Origin: Eledone cirrhosa
Taxonomy: Eukaryota
NCBI GenBank assembly: GCA_964016885.1
Contig: OZ024742.1
Span: 16,802,001 to 16,866,000 of the forward strand
Direction of reading: 5' to 3'
DNA: 64,000 nucleotides
In this document: in pieces, positions 1 to 15,000 of the stretch
Numbering within the stretch: the stretch's first letter is position 1
Layout: each line of letters opens with the position of its first letter
Program-made: the position numbers and the translations under genes
Notes under the pieces: generated by a model
Database searches by the model: none
What the model was told of the DNA's origin: nothing
What the model saw: only the letters and a program-made list of their open reading frames with translations

Positions 1-3000
1 TAACCGCGTCCTCCTAAAAAACTATCCCACCCCCTCCCCAAACACCCACACAACTCCAAGCTCCCCAACCACACAACACACTGATGCCCCCACACTTCCA
101 CAAACCACCACCCCACCCAACAACCCATCCCCCACCCTAATGGAAATTGTGCAGCCCGATACCCGGGACGCAGAGAGGTAAGTGCCTTTTCTCTTCACCA
201 CCAACATGGCTATGCTAAGAGTATGCTGTTTAAGCAATGCTTCTAAATGACCTCAGGTCACAACGTATAGACGTGATGGTTATTTGCGAGGCCCGGATCA
301 GCAACGTGCGACAGCTGGCCCCCACCTTTGAAGACTTTGAGATGCACGCATCTCTCTGTCAGCTCGGAGGTGGGGGTGGAGTTGTCGTTCTGCTGCAAAA
401 ACATCTGGGTCTCGCAACACAGATGGTACATTTGGACCCGGAGGGTCGACTAGTGGTTCTGGACCTTGGCAGTGGTAAAGGCGGAGCGTTTAGGTTGGTA
501 GCCGCCTACGGCCCTTTCGGGTCAATGCGGCCGGACTTCTTCCATCGTCTGGAGACTTTTCTGGGGACGTCCCGCTCCTTGCTATTAGTGGGGGACTGGA
601 ATGGTATCCTAGATGCACGCTGGGTCTACGTAGGGGCCTGCCCCGATAGAGAGGGGTGTAATAGCCTCAAAGGGTTAATCGGTCGATTTGACCTGGCCGA
701 TAGATATCGACTAGATTTTCCGACTGCGCCAACCTGGACTTGGGCAAATCGTAGCGGATCATCTAGGTCGTACCTAGATAGGTTCTTAGTTAGAATTAAG
801 GATAAGGACTTTTTAAGTTGTCCAAAAATGCGCATGGTTGGCTATTCAGACCACAAATTAGTGACATGCATGGTCAACCTTGACAGAACTCATAGACAGG
901 GACCCGGTTACGGGAAGCTCAACTTGTCCTTACCGGCAAGTAAGGCTTACAGGGACCGGATTAGTACGTTAGTTAAGGAACGGTTGACTGGAGCGATCGT
1001 CAACAGCAGGTGGTGGGTATCTCTAAAGAGAGAGATTAGAGTAGTCTCGATAGAATTTAGTAAGGTTCTAGCTGCGGATAGGAATAGGAAGGAAAGGGAG
1101 CTAATAGATAGAGTAGAAGAGGCAATTAGAAGCGGCGACGTGGCCAGAGTGCTAGCGTCGAGAACGGCTTTGAGCCAGTTTTTCGACGCGAAGCACGAAG
1201 GCTGCGTTGTCCGAACGAGGGGACCAAAGCTGTTAGCTGGGCCCGCGTGACAGAGGCCAACAGTGGAACTAAATCCTCCATCCGGTCTTTGCGAGACCTG
1301 GATGGACGGGCGATTCTTGAGCCTAAGCAGATGTGTGAGGCCTTTCAAAGGCACTTTGCCCGACTGTTCGGGAGGGGCGGGGAGCCGGTTGGGAACGTGG
1401 ACTTCGGTCCATACCTCGACGGCCTGCCGCGCCTCTCGGACAGGGAGGCGAAGTCCTGCGAGGAGCCGATTTCGGCCGCTGAGATAGAGGACGTGCTGAG
1501 CCAATGCGGCAAACGCAAATCCCCGGGTCTCGATGGTCTTCCTTACGAATTATATCTAGCTATGCCGGACTTGTTCCCCGATCTCCTCGAGGCGGTCTAC
1601 TGCAACTGGCAACAGAACGGGAGAATTCCCTGTACTGTGACCAAGGGCGTAGTCACGCTAGTGAGGAAGGACGAGAACAAGGGGGACGAAATAAGTAACT
1701 TCAGGCCCATAACACTGCTAAATACAGAGTTACAGATTTTGGCCAAGGTGCTAGCAAAGAGGTTGGCGCTTGTCGTGGGCAACCTGGTGGGAGATGCGCA
1801 GACATGCGCTATCCCGTCCAGGTCCATCCATGACAACCTCCACCTCATGCGATACATCATAGAGAGGGTTGGGAACGAACCCGGCTTTGGTGGGGCTCTG
1901 ATCGACTTGGATCAATCTAAGGCGTTCGATAGGGTCGACCATGGTTACCTGGATGCGGTGCTAGCGGCGGCAGGCTTCGGACCCGTTTTCAGGGGCTGGA
2001 TCACTGCTATGCACAGCAGCCGCATCTGCTCTAGGGTCAAGGTGAACGGCTACCTCTCGGAGCCGTTCAAAATCGCGCGGTCCATCCGACAAGGGTGCCC
2101 TCTCTCCTCCCTTCTGTATGTGTTGACTCTCGAGCCACTACTGCGGAAGTTGGAGTTGTTGCAGGGCATCCCCTTGGAACCGGGATTGCGGAAAGCGGTG
2201 TCGGCCTACGCCGATGACGTGACAGTAATGGTGTCGACGGCCTCCGAAATCGAGGCGGTCGGCACCTTACTGGAGGAGTACGAAAGGTTCACAGGGGCTA
2301 AGCTGAACCGGGACAAGTCGATCGGTTTGCAACTCGGCACGTGGAGGGGCAGACCGATGCCCTCCGATAGCGTCGTCGGACGCTGGACGGAGGGCCCGGT
2401 GAAGTTGCTCGGGGTTTGGTTCGGACCGGACCTCCAGGTGGAGAAAAACTGGGCGGAGGTTACGAACAGGGTGTTTGCACCGACTCAGAAGTGGGCCAGT
2501 TGCAAACTATCCCTGAAAGGTCGGGCGGAAGTGGCGAACACCTACATAGCGTCCGTCATCTACTACCGCCTGACCGTAGTGCCCTGCCCAATGGAAACCA
2601 TCACCAAGATGGAGCGCGCGCTCTTCCAATTCCTTTGGAAGAGGCGGGCTCCTATGGTGAGGAGATCCATCTGCTGTCAACACCCTTCGAAAGGAGGGCT
2701 GGGGATGCCGTGGCTAATGATGCGTAAACACGCATTAAGGCTACGGCACCTCTACGTATTCCTCACCGGACAACCGGTGTGGGCCTCGTTTGTGAGACGA
2801 ACCTTTCCCAGACTCGTCTCACTCACCGAGCTGCAATCCTGGGTCAAGCAAAGACCGAGAAAACTGGGCGCCTGGCACACTGAGTGTGCCCAGGCGCTCA
2901 CCGCCCTCTGGCAGGCGGATCCGGTTATCAGTGGAGACTCCACCGCAACATTCTATAGAGGGCTGGTACGCAGCAGGTGCGACGACGCCCTCGGAGAAGC

Positions 3001-3853
3001 CCTAGACATGGAGGAGGACGAACTGGCCAGCCTGTTCGGTAGGACATTCAGCCCGGGACCTATGGACAACTTCCAGAAGTCTCTGGCCTGGCAGTGCTAC
3101 CGAGGGGCTTTACCCGTTCGAGAAAGGCTCTACAGACACGGGCGCCCGGGTAGAGACCCCGCCAAAAAGATCTGTCCCAGATGCGTGTGCGACGAGGAAA
3201 CCGTTGCACACGCATTGGTACACTGCTCGGGCGCAGCCGATCTGTGGGGCTATGTCGAACAACTGCTGTCAAGGGTGGGACCGATCCGGTTGACCACCGA
3301 GTCTATTGTAATGATCAAGCCGCCTCCCCCCTTCAAAGATGAAGCAGAGGCGGTGTTTCTGTGCGTAATAGCCATGGCGAAAGAGGTTGTATGGTGGACG
3401 CGTCTGAAAGGACTGAGGTCAGGCACCTTTCTCTCTGGCCAACAACTGGTCCGTTTCTTCCGATATCATTTCGGAAGAAGGATCAGGATGGAGAGAGAGG
3501 TGCTGCACCCCAGCCGTTTCTATGAAAGATGGGTGAAAGTGGCGAGAATGGCCCGTGTGAATGGGCCTTCACTCTACATCAGACTATAGGTGAGGAAGAT
3601 GAAAGACCAAGGGAGCACCCCTTCTCTGTGCTCCTGAGGAGAAGGGTTGCACACTTTTTTCGGGGGTGTGTGCGACCCCCCAAGGCGCCTCCTCTCTATT
3701 GAGGATTTTGTTAAAAATTTTATTTTTTGTGATATCTTATTTTATTTTTATATTTTGTTATTGCCTCCTCCTTATTGAGGACGCCTTTTTGTGTAAACTC
3801 CCCCCTTTGTACTTGTCCCACTTTTGATGCCCTAGTGGCAAATAAAAGAAATC
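1..3853 (+). mobile_element. Tx1-clade non-LTR retrotransposon, subfamily A copy 1 (5' part outside the window)
   Basis: ORF1 tail (...QPDTRDAER*), then ORF2 with APE, RT (YADD) and CPRC..HALVHC motifs, then a 3'UTR ending GCAAATAAAAGAAAT. Near-identical to 25496-29399. Confidence 0.93.
206..3589 (+). pseudogene. Tx1 ORF2 (APE endonuclease, RT, zinc finger) broken by two deletions
   Basis: ORFs 237-1250 and 1247-3589. Relative to the intact copy it lacks 32 bp near 233 and 22 bp near 1215, both with AA/GAA microhomology. GDWN, YLDRF, SDHK, QGCPLS and YADD motifs are present. Confidence 0.9.
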
Positions 3854-3989
3854 TCTATATATATATATATATATATAAGTATATAAGTATATATAAACCC
3901 ATAGAGCAAAGATTTATATATACTTATATATATACTTATATATATATATATATATATATAAAAATATAAAAATTCTATGTTCTCTCTCT

Positions 3990-7030
<3,041 letters not shown>

Positions 7031-7033
7031 AAT

Positions 7034-7064
<31 letters not shown>

Positions 7065-7084
7065 CATATACATATTTATATACA

Positions 7085-7115
<31 letters not shown>

Positions 7116-7160
7116 TTATATTTATATAAACCCATAGACCAAAGATTTATTATTAGTACT

Positions 7161-7254
7161 TGGCAGTATGTGTAGAGGGTCAGACGCCAAGCTTTGTAGC
7201 ATAGTTACGTCTCTTTACGGACTGAGTTCAAATCCCGCCGAGGTTAACTTTGCC

Positions 7255-7260
<6 letters not shown>
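7161..7260 (+). mobile_element. tRNA-derived SINE, 5' part
   Basis: A-box-like TGGCAG..GTAGAG, B-box GAGTTCAAATCC, then GTTAACTTTGCCTTTCAT shared with six other copies in the window. Confidence 0.7.
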
Positions 7261-7287
<27 letters not shown>

Positions 7288-7290
<3 letters not shown>

Positions 7291-7450
7291 CAGGCTGGAT
7301 TCGGTTCGAAACTGGTTAGACCATTACTCACCAGAGTACTCGATACCTGGGGTAGCAGGCTATGGTTATATTATAAAAAGTTGGCACCCGACGGCTGAGC
7401 TCTTGCCGTTTCAACAGCTAGTACCAGACTCTGGAACTAGCTGTTCTTTA
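7288..7450 (-). mobile_element. Short Penelope-terminus-like element with the 3' half of a hammerhead fold
   Basis: Minus strand reads hairpin-GAAACGGC..GCCGTC-GGG. The tail GAGTACTCTGGTG..ATGGTC is shared with 9273-9474 and 36697-36897. Lies in (TA)n. Confidence 0.55.
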
Positions 7451-7463
7451 TAATGTATATATA

Positions 7464-7940
7464 TGTAGCGACGCTGGTTGGTCAGTCTAGTCACTACTTC
7501 TGATCAGATCCGAGAATAGTCCTTAGAAGGACTGTTATCGCATACGGTCTGATCAGATATGAAGATAGCCCTTAAAAGAACTGTTGAGGATGGACAGACG
7601 AAAGCACAAGTTGAAAGGACGAAGCAAGGCGAGATGTAAATTCGATCAGCTATTTATTTTCACATGAAGCAACGATACGAGATACAAGGCAATGCGTGTG
7701 TGAGTGACAAAGCGTGGCAGAGTAAAGGAACAACGATGCGCTAGCTGACTCTGCCAAAAGTCGACTAGCGAAAGTGTTAGGAACCACTCTATTTATACAG
7801 GAACAATCCTTTGTTGTTTAGTCGATGTGTAGGCGTTTATTCTGGTAGGTTCTAAGGGTTCTTTTGTTTCACTTTGAGTAGCTAGCTAACAGGTAGATGG
7901 CGCTGTATATTTCACAGCTGTTATTTCCGGTGGCTGTACA
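7464..7940 (-). repeat. 3' LTR
   Basis: TG...CA termini and near-identity to 8761-9267. Confidence 0.88.
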
Positions 7941-8452
7941 TTAGCCCCCTGCCAGTTCTTTTGTACAACAAAAGAGTGAAATATCGTATAGGAATGGGCC
8001 AGTGGTGCATTTGTCATGAGAATAGTCCCAGGATTGTCCAGCACGTTGTGAAATTTTGTGATCATCGAGTACAGGACAGAGTCGATGTAGAGATGATATG
8101 GCAAGATGTGTGTGTCAGGAAGAGAAAAAAGAAATAAACTATAAAATGACTTTGACCAGATTTATACAGGCGTGATGAATGAGCCTGTTGCAATTTCGGT
8201 TGAGCTGCCTGTGAATTGCGTGACAAAAAAGTCTAACTGGGCAGTGAAGATAACCATAATGTGTGAACTGAATGGCCGTAAGCATGCTGCCTAAAGGTAA
8301 CAGCTTGCTCCACAGCATATGACTTGAGCGAATGCATGTGGTAAAAAAATAGCGAGGCATTCTCGAGCTATTGAGTGAATGTGTACGTGAAAACAGAAGG
8401 CCAGTGTTTTGAGGTTGTGATTTGTGAAATGTTTTTTAAAGAATATCAAATT

Positions 8453-8485
<33 letters not shown>

Positions 8486-8727
8486 AAAGTGTTCGTTGTA
8501 AGGAACGAGAAACATATATATATCGTCAAATGCGTCAGTTAGTTGATGCGTGAGAGAAAAAGTCTGTCTGTGCGAAAATTTCACATGTGCGTGGTGTGTT
8601 CGTTTCTTTGACTGAGTATTTTCATAGTTTGTCAATAAATTTGCTGTGTATTTGTAATGTTACTCACACAACACCAGATTCTGCTATTTTTTTCTTTTTT
8701 TCGGGGTGACCACTTATAACAATGAAC

Positions 8728-8759
8728 GGCTGCGTGTTCGTATCACGTCGGGGTCACCA
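8728..8759 (-). promoter_or_regulatory. Primer-binding site complementary to the tRNA-Trp 3' end (extended)
   Basis: Plus strand GGCTGCGTGTTCGtATCACGTCGGGGTCACCA matches the conserved animal tRNA-Trp 3' portion including CCA, and abuts the LTR. Confidence 0.88.
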
Positions 8760-8760
8760 A

Positions 8761-9267
8761 TATTGCGAAGAACTGGGTGGTCAGTCTAGTCACTACTTCT
8801 GATCAGATCCGAGAATAGTCCTTAGAAGGACTGTTATCGCATACGGTCTGATCAGATATGAAGATAGCCCTTAAAAGGACTGTTGTCGCATATAGCCCTT
8901 AAAAGGACTGTTGAGGATGGACAGACGAAAGCACAAGTTGAAAGGACGATGCAACGCCAGATGTAAATTCGATCAGCTATTTATTTTCACATGAAGCAAC
9001 GATACGGGGTACAAGGCAATGCGTGTGTGAGTGACAAAGCGTGGCAGAGTAAAGGAACAACGATGCGCTAGCTGACTCTGCCAAAAGTCGACTAGCGAAA
9101 GTGTTAGGAACCACTCTATTTATACAGGAACAATCCTTTGTTGTTTAGTCGATGTGTAGGCGTTTATTCTGGTAGGTTCTAAGGGTTCTTTTGTTTCACT
9201 TTGAGTAGCTAGCTAACAGGTAGATGGCGCTGTATATTTCACAGCTGTTATTTCCGGTGGCTGTACA
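8761..9267 (-). repeat. 5' LTR
   Basis: Copy of 7464-7940 with an extra short internal duplication (..GCATATAGCCCTTAAAAGGACTGTTG). Confidence 0.88.
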
Positions 9268-9272
9268 TATAT

Positions 9273-9474
9273 ATAGGAAAATGTTTAACCCCGATGGCAG
9301 AGCTCAAACCGTTTCGACGGCTATTTCTGGACTCAGTCTAGAAATAGCCGTCGAACGGCTTCAGCTCTGCCGTCGGGGTTAAACATTTTCCTATTATCCA
9401 CTCTACTACCCTAAATATTGAGTACTCTGGTGTGTTATGGTCCATCAGGTTCCTTACCACACCTCCTTCGTTAT
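9273..9474 (+). mobile_element. Short element: ~122 bp palindrome plus ~80 bp tail (Penelope-terminus-like)
   Basis: 9273-9394 is a near-perfect inverted repeat. The tail is homologous to 36820-36897 and ends in (TA)n. Confidence 0.7.
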
Positions 9475-9590
9475 ATATTTATATATATTTTTCCCTTTTT
9501 CCATTTTCTCTCTCTTTCTCTCTCTCTCTCTCTATATATATATTTTTATATATATATATATGTATAAGCACACATTTCAATGTATAATAA

Positions 9591-9777
9591 TTGTTTCTAC
9601 TTTTGGCAGAAGGCCAGCAATTAACCAGTGTATTACTGGTACGTTATTTTATCGACCCTGTAAGCATGAAAGGCAAAGTTAACCTCGGCGGGTTTTGAAC
9701 TCAGAATAGCAAGGGCCGTAACTCTATGCGTCAAAGCATGGCGTCCGATCCTCTACCGATACTGCCAATCCACCGCC
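9591..9777 (-). mobile_element. tRNA-derived SINE (Nin/Deu-like core)
   Basis: Reverse complement of 63655-63847, with A/B boxes and the GCCTTTCAT..GGTCGATAAAATAA core. Confidence 0.8.
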
Positions 9778-9791
9778 CTTTCAATAATATA

Positions 9792-9824
<33 letters not shown>

Positions 9825-10425
9825 AGCACACATTTCTATGTATAACAATATACATGTGTATAAGTATAAACACACATTATATACTCATGCATACTTCTTT
9901 CCATATATTTATGTATATTCTATGTATACTAATATTGTTATGGATATTTGACAGAAATTCTAGAGAAATCTCATTTGTTAACTATCAATGGCAAAGCAAT
10001 AGTATAGCTCTTTATATGTTCAACAAAGAAACTACACACCAAAGGTAACACAAATAGAAGTATATTAATTCCTGATATGTGGATTTTATGATGAAACATT
10101 GATACTGCAGTGTGATATATGAGATAAATAACATTATTGATTGAGAGTACTTTACAGCAGATGTAGTTTTAAGAGAAATATATATTAGAGTATGAAGCAT
10201 AATAAGGAATAAACTATCCGTTATAAAATACGTGTTATAACATACGTCTGAAGCAAGCTAAATTACCACAGATCTACTGAAGTGTAATGGAAGCAAGTCT
10301 ATTTCATATGGTGTGTGCTAATTAAACAGAATCTGTTCTTCTTCCAATTATACGCATGGAATAATTTAAATGCATGCCTCTACAGATATATTCCTACTTT
10401 GGTCGTTTCCTATTTGTGGTTTCAG

Positions 10426-10521
10426 GTCTGCTGGAATAACGAAAAGAAAGGCATGACGCCCGAGGAAAGAACATTACGAGATGGAATGACTGATGAAGAG
10501 ATTTATTCCTTGCGGCAATGA
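10426..10521 (+). CDS. Possible terminal coding exon of an unidentified host gene (VCWNNEKKGMTPEERTLRDGMTDEEIYSLRQ*)
   Basis: Acceptor-like TTTCCTATTTGTGGTTTCAG|G, only one frame stays open, protein-like composition in unique sequence, and AATAAA at 11153. No homology recognised. Confidence 0.28.
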   Translation, partial: VCWNNEKKGMTPEERTLRDGMTDEEIYSLRQ

Positions 10522-11180
10522 TGTTTTGCTATTTGTCTACTCTCGGGTCTCCAATAATCGCCGACCCTATTAAGTTTTCAGATTTCTTCCAAATATTTAA
10601 ATTCAATTATTTTCATGTGTTTTTTTTATGTTTTCCTTGGAGAAACAAGGTTCTCAAATCCTTGCTATTTCTCCATGTTGATATACAAACACTCTGTGAC
10701 GCAGAAAAACACATACACATACATACAAGGAGCTAGGAATAACTGCCAGATATAGTATTATGCAATACAACATAAAACTACTGAGAAACATATTAGCGAT
10801 GAGCACATTTATACTGTATAGAGTTCCTTATAAGATTTATTAATGGAAGCAAAAACACAATGTTCACAACGTTAACATAAATTATCCCCAAACAAAATTC
10901 AACATATGGCCGTTGACATATGGAATGGTTACAGTTCCACAGTTGGTATTAACACTAATCCATTGGCCTTGTCTACTGAAGTAACAACATATGCTAGATT
11001 GTCATCTGACGAGAAGATTGAATCACGAAAATATAGTAAAATTAATGATAGATTTGAAAGTGTTTTATTCTAAATAATCTACTGGGATATATGAATATAC
11101 AAACATAATTTTATAAGGCATATAGAACAGGAAAACTGATCGTCTTCAATTCAATAAACATATCTATCTATCTATCTATC

Positions 11181-12050
11181 TAGGACATTCAGCCCGAGAC
11201 CTATGGACAACTTCCAGAAGTCCCTGGCCTGGCAGTGCTACCGAGGAGCTTTACCCGTTCGAGAAAGGCTCTACAGACACGGGCGCCCGGGTAGGGACCC
11301 CGCCAAAAAGATCTGTCCCAGATGCGTGTGCGACGAGGAAACCGTTACACACATTGGTACACTGCTCGGGCGTAGCCGATCTGTGGGGCTATGTCGAACA
11401 ACTGCTGTCAAGGGTGGGACCGATCCGGTTGACCACCGAGTCTATTGTAATGATCAAGCCGCCTCCCCCCTTCAAAGATGAAGCAGAGGCGGTGTTTCTG
11501 TGCGTAATAGCCATGGCGAAAGAGGTTGTATGGTGGACGCGTCTGAAAGGACTGAGGTCAGGCACCTTTCTCTCTGGCCAACAACTGGTCCGTTTCTTCC
11601 GATATCATTTCGGAAGAAGGATCAGGATGGAGAGAGAGAGGTGCTGCACCCCAGTCGTTTTTATGAAAGGTGGGTGAAAGTGGCGAGAATGGCCCGTGTG
11701 AATGGGCCTTCTCTTTACATGAGCCTGTAGGTGGAAAAGAGGAAGGAACGAGGGAGCACCCTCTCTCTGTGCTCCTGAGGAAAAGGGTTGCACACTTTTT
11801 TCGGGGGTGTGTGCGACCCCCCAAGGCGCCTCCTCTCTATTGAGGATTTTGTTATAAATTTTATTTTTTGTTATATTTTATAACAAAATCCTCTATTGAG
11901 GATTTTGTTATAATTCTATTTTTTGTTATATTTTATTTTATTTTTATATATTGTTATTGCCTCCTCCCTATTGAGGACGCCTTGTTTTGTAAACTCCCCC
12001 CATTGTACTTGTCCCACTTTTGATGCCCTTGTGGCAAATAAAAGAAACAT
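11181..12050 (+). mobile_element. 5'-truncated Tx1 copy (zinc-finger end of ORF2 + 3'UTR)
   Basis: Matches ~28587-29399, with (TATC)n on both sides. Confidence 0.92.
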
Positions 12051-12071
12051 ATCTATCTATCTATCTATCTC

Positions 12072-15000
12072 TGGTATGGACACACGCGTATAACTTGCTG
12101 AGTAAGTTCTGTTTAAATTTCTATAGAAATCCTTGTCTGTAAACTTTAATTTTTGTACCATTTTGTAGAGGGACTGCCAGGTCAAACTTTGATCTGGTCA
12201 GTCTCTCAAAATATTCTACGCCTTTAGGCGAAATAGTTAAACAAAAAAAGTTTTTTCTTGTTGAAAAGTTAACATTTTTTAAAATGGCTGAAGCTTCTTC
12301 ACCAAAATTCGAAGGAGGAAAAGGGAAGATAAACTTACAGCTTCCCCCCTGCCACTGTCACAGTAGCAGAGGTCAAAAAGAAAGGTCAGCCAGAGAGAGG
12401 ATTTTCTCCACCTGTTGACCGACAACTTGACGTTGCCATGGCAACAACCCAAAGAACCAGCGGCACCAGCAACAGCAACAACAACAACAATGCGACGGAC
12501 GAAAACAACACCAATAACAATAACAACAACAACAAGACCAATAACTGTGATAACAACAACAATGATAACAACAACACCACCAACTACAACAGCAACACAA
12601 ACAAAAATAATTTCTCCTTCGCCGAGACGGTAAGGAAAACCCTCGACTATCTGCCAGTAGATATAACCAAAGCGAAGGAGCTACTGGCAGATGCCAAAAA
12701 ATATATAGTGTACGGGGAAAATGGTTCATTCTCGATCCACCCCCCCACCCCTCGGAACTAAAAAAGCCAGAGACTCCTAAACACTGTCATGTTTAGGACA
12801 ATCTCGAATAAAAGCAAAAAACCAGCTCAACCATCACAGAGTGAGATAGAGCTTGTTTTAAAAGACGTCATGAAGGACATCACTTTCATTCAGAAGTATA
12901 GACTCTACGGGAGTCTATCCATTCTCATGAAGGACAAGGACACAGCAGTGAAACTGTCCATCAAACCAATCACATCCACCGCATACACCTTCTACCCTAC
13001 GTACATGGGTAGAAGAACACAAAAAATAAAAATCCACACCATCCTGCCGATTATGGACATATGGTGGGTTTTGACAGGTTTCCTGGACCTGGATGATGAC
13101 ACGCTGGTGTCCATGGGAAAGGCATCGGGTGACGCGTTCAGTGGAACGAGCCTCGAACTTGTAGTTCAAATGAGGCCCGAAAGGATCGCCCAGATCCCTG
13201 AACGCGTCATACTGGATGATCAAACTTTCATCAACATTACCGTTGAGGGTAGGCGGCCCTCGTGTTACCTCTGCGGAGCCAGAGGTCACCTGAGGGCTGT
13301 CTGTCCCCAACTTAATAAGAAAACCCCAATCCTGCCTACACCACCAACAACTGCACAACCAAAACAATCACCACAACTACCACTACAAAAACAACCACCA
13401 CAGCTCAAACCAAAACAAAACAATGTCCAACCCATCCCCCCCCACTCAAAAAACAAAAACAATTTCCAAAACACCCGTACCGCAAACACAACCCGAAAAT
13501 ATAACCCTCCCCTCCAACGCGGAAGATGGCCCTAGTTCGTCGTCAGACGAGGAGGAGCACCCCCACACAATCAAAAGAAAAAAAAGAAAACACACCTCAG
13601 ACACACAAATGAAAACAACCCCTCCCCCCAAAATAACACTGACACCAACACAAAAGAGCTCACAACAACAGCAAACAAAAAACACCACACAAAAACAAAA
13701 ACATGCATACACATACATAAACACAAGAAACAAAAAACTGTTAAACATTGTGTACAACAACAATCTAATAAAAACCCAAGGGCCTAACTTCACCCAGGCA
13801 GGGGATTTCCCCCACCTCAAAATGATTAAGGCCCCACAGGACACCTATAAAACTTAAAAAAACAACTTTAAAGAGGACGTGGGTCCCCCCTGCGTCGGGC
13901 CCATTAACCGCGTCCCCCTAAAAAACTACCCCACCCCCACCCCCTCCCCAAACACCCACACAACTCCAAACTCCCCAACCACACTACACACTGATGACCC
14001 TACACTTCCACAAACCACCACCCCACCCAACAACCCATACCCCACCCTAATGGAAATTGTGCAGCCCGATACCCGGGACGCAGAGAGGTAAGTGCCTTTT
14101 CTCTTCACCACCAACATGGCTATGCTAAGAGTAGGCTGTTTAAATGCGCGTGGCCTGGGCTCAACTTGGAAGCAAGCAATGCTTCTAAATGACCTCAGGT
14201 CACAACGTATAGATGTGATGGTTATTTGCGAGGCCCGGATCAGCAACGTGCGACAGCTGGCCCCCACCTTTGATGACTTTGAGATGCACGCATCTCTCTG
14301 TCAGCCCGGAGGTGGGTGTGGGGTTGTCGTTCTGCTGCAAAAACGTCTGGGTCTCGCAACACAGATGGTACATTTGGACCCGGAGGGTTGACTAGTGGTT
14401 CTGGAACTTGGCAGTGGTAAAGGCGGAGCGTTTAGTTTGGTAGCCGCCTACGGCCCTTTCGGGTCAATGCGGCCGGACTTCTTCCATCGTCTGGAGACTT
14501 TTCTAGGGACGTCCCGTTCCTTGCTATTAGTGGGAGATGGAATGGTATCCTAGATGAACGCTGGGACTACATAGGGGCCTGTCCCGATAGAGAGGGGTGT
14601 AACAACCTCAAAGGGTTAATCGGTCGATTTGACCTGGCCGATAGATATCGACTAGATTTTCCGACTGCGCCAACCTGGACTTGGGCAAAGCGCAGCGGAT
14701 CATCTAGGTCGTACCTAGATAGGTTCTTAGTTAGAAATAAGGATAAGGACTTTTTAAGTTGTCCAAAAATGCGCATGGTTGGCTATTCAGACCACAAATT
14801 AGTGACATGCATGGTCAACCTTGACAGAACTCATAGACAGGGACCCGGTTACGGGAAGCTCAACTTGTCCTTACCGGCAAGTAAGGCTTACAGGGACCGG
14901 ATTAGCACTTTAGTTAAGGAGCGGATGAAGGGCGCCGTCGTCAACAGCAGGTGGTGGGGATCTCTCAAAAGAGAGATTAGAGTAGTCTCTATAGAATTTA

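Larger units (their letters stand above)
7464..9267 (-). mobile_element. Non-autonomous LTR retrotransposon (TRIM/LARD-like), tRNA-Trp primed
   Basis: Direct repeats 7464-7940 and 8761-9267 with outer TGTA...TACA termini. PBS at 8742-8759 (minus) and PPT AGGGGG (minus) near 7945-7950. About 820 bp non-coding interior. Inserted in (TA)n. Confidence 0.88.

Noticed and set aside
8728-8759. tRNA-Trp gene
   Set aside because: Only the 3' 32 nt are present, with encoded CCA next to an LTR, so it is a primer-binding site.
10490-10560. CTGATGA as a hammerhead core
   Set aside because: There is no downstream stem II-GAAA arrangement.
10519-10560. TGA as selenocysteine followed by CFAICLLSGLQ
   Set aside because: I found no convincing SECIS downstream, and the exon itself is uncertain.
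11000-11050. CTGACGA...CGAAA hammerhead-like spacing
   Set aside because: Stems I and II do not pair convincingly.
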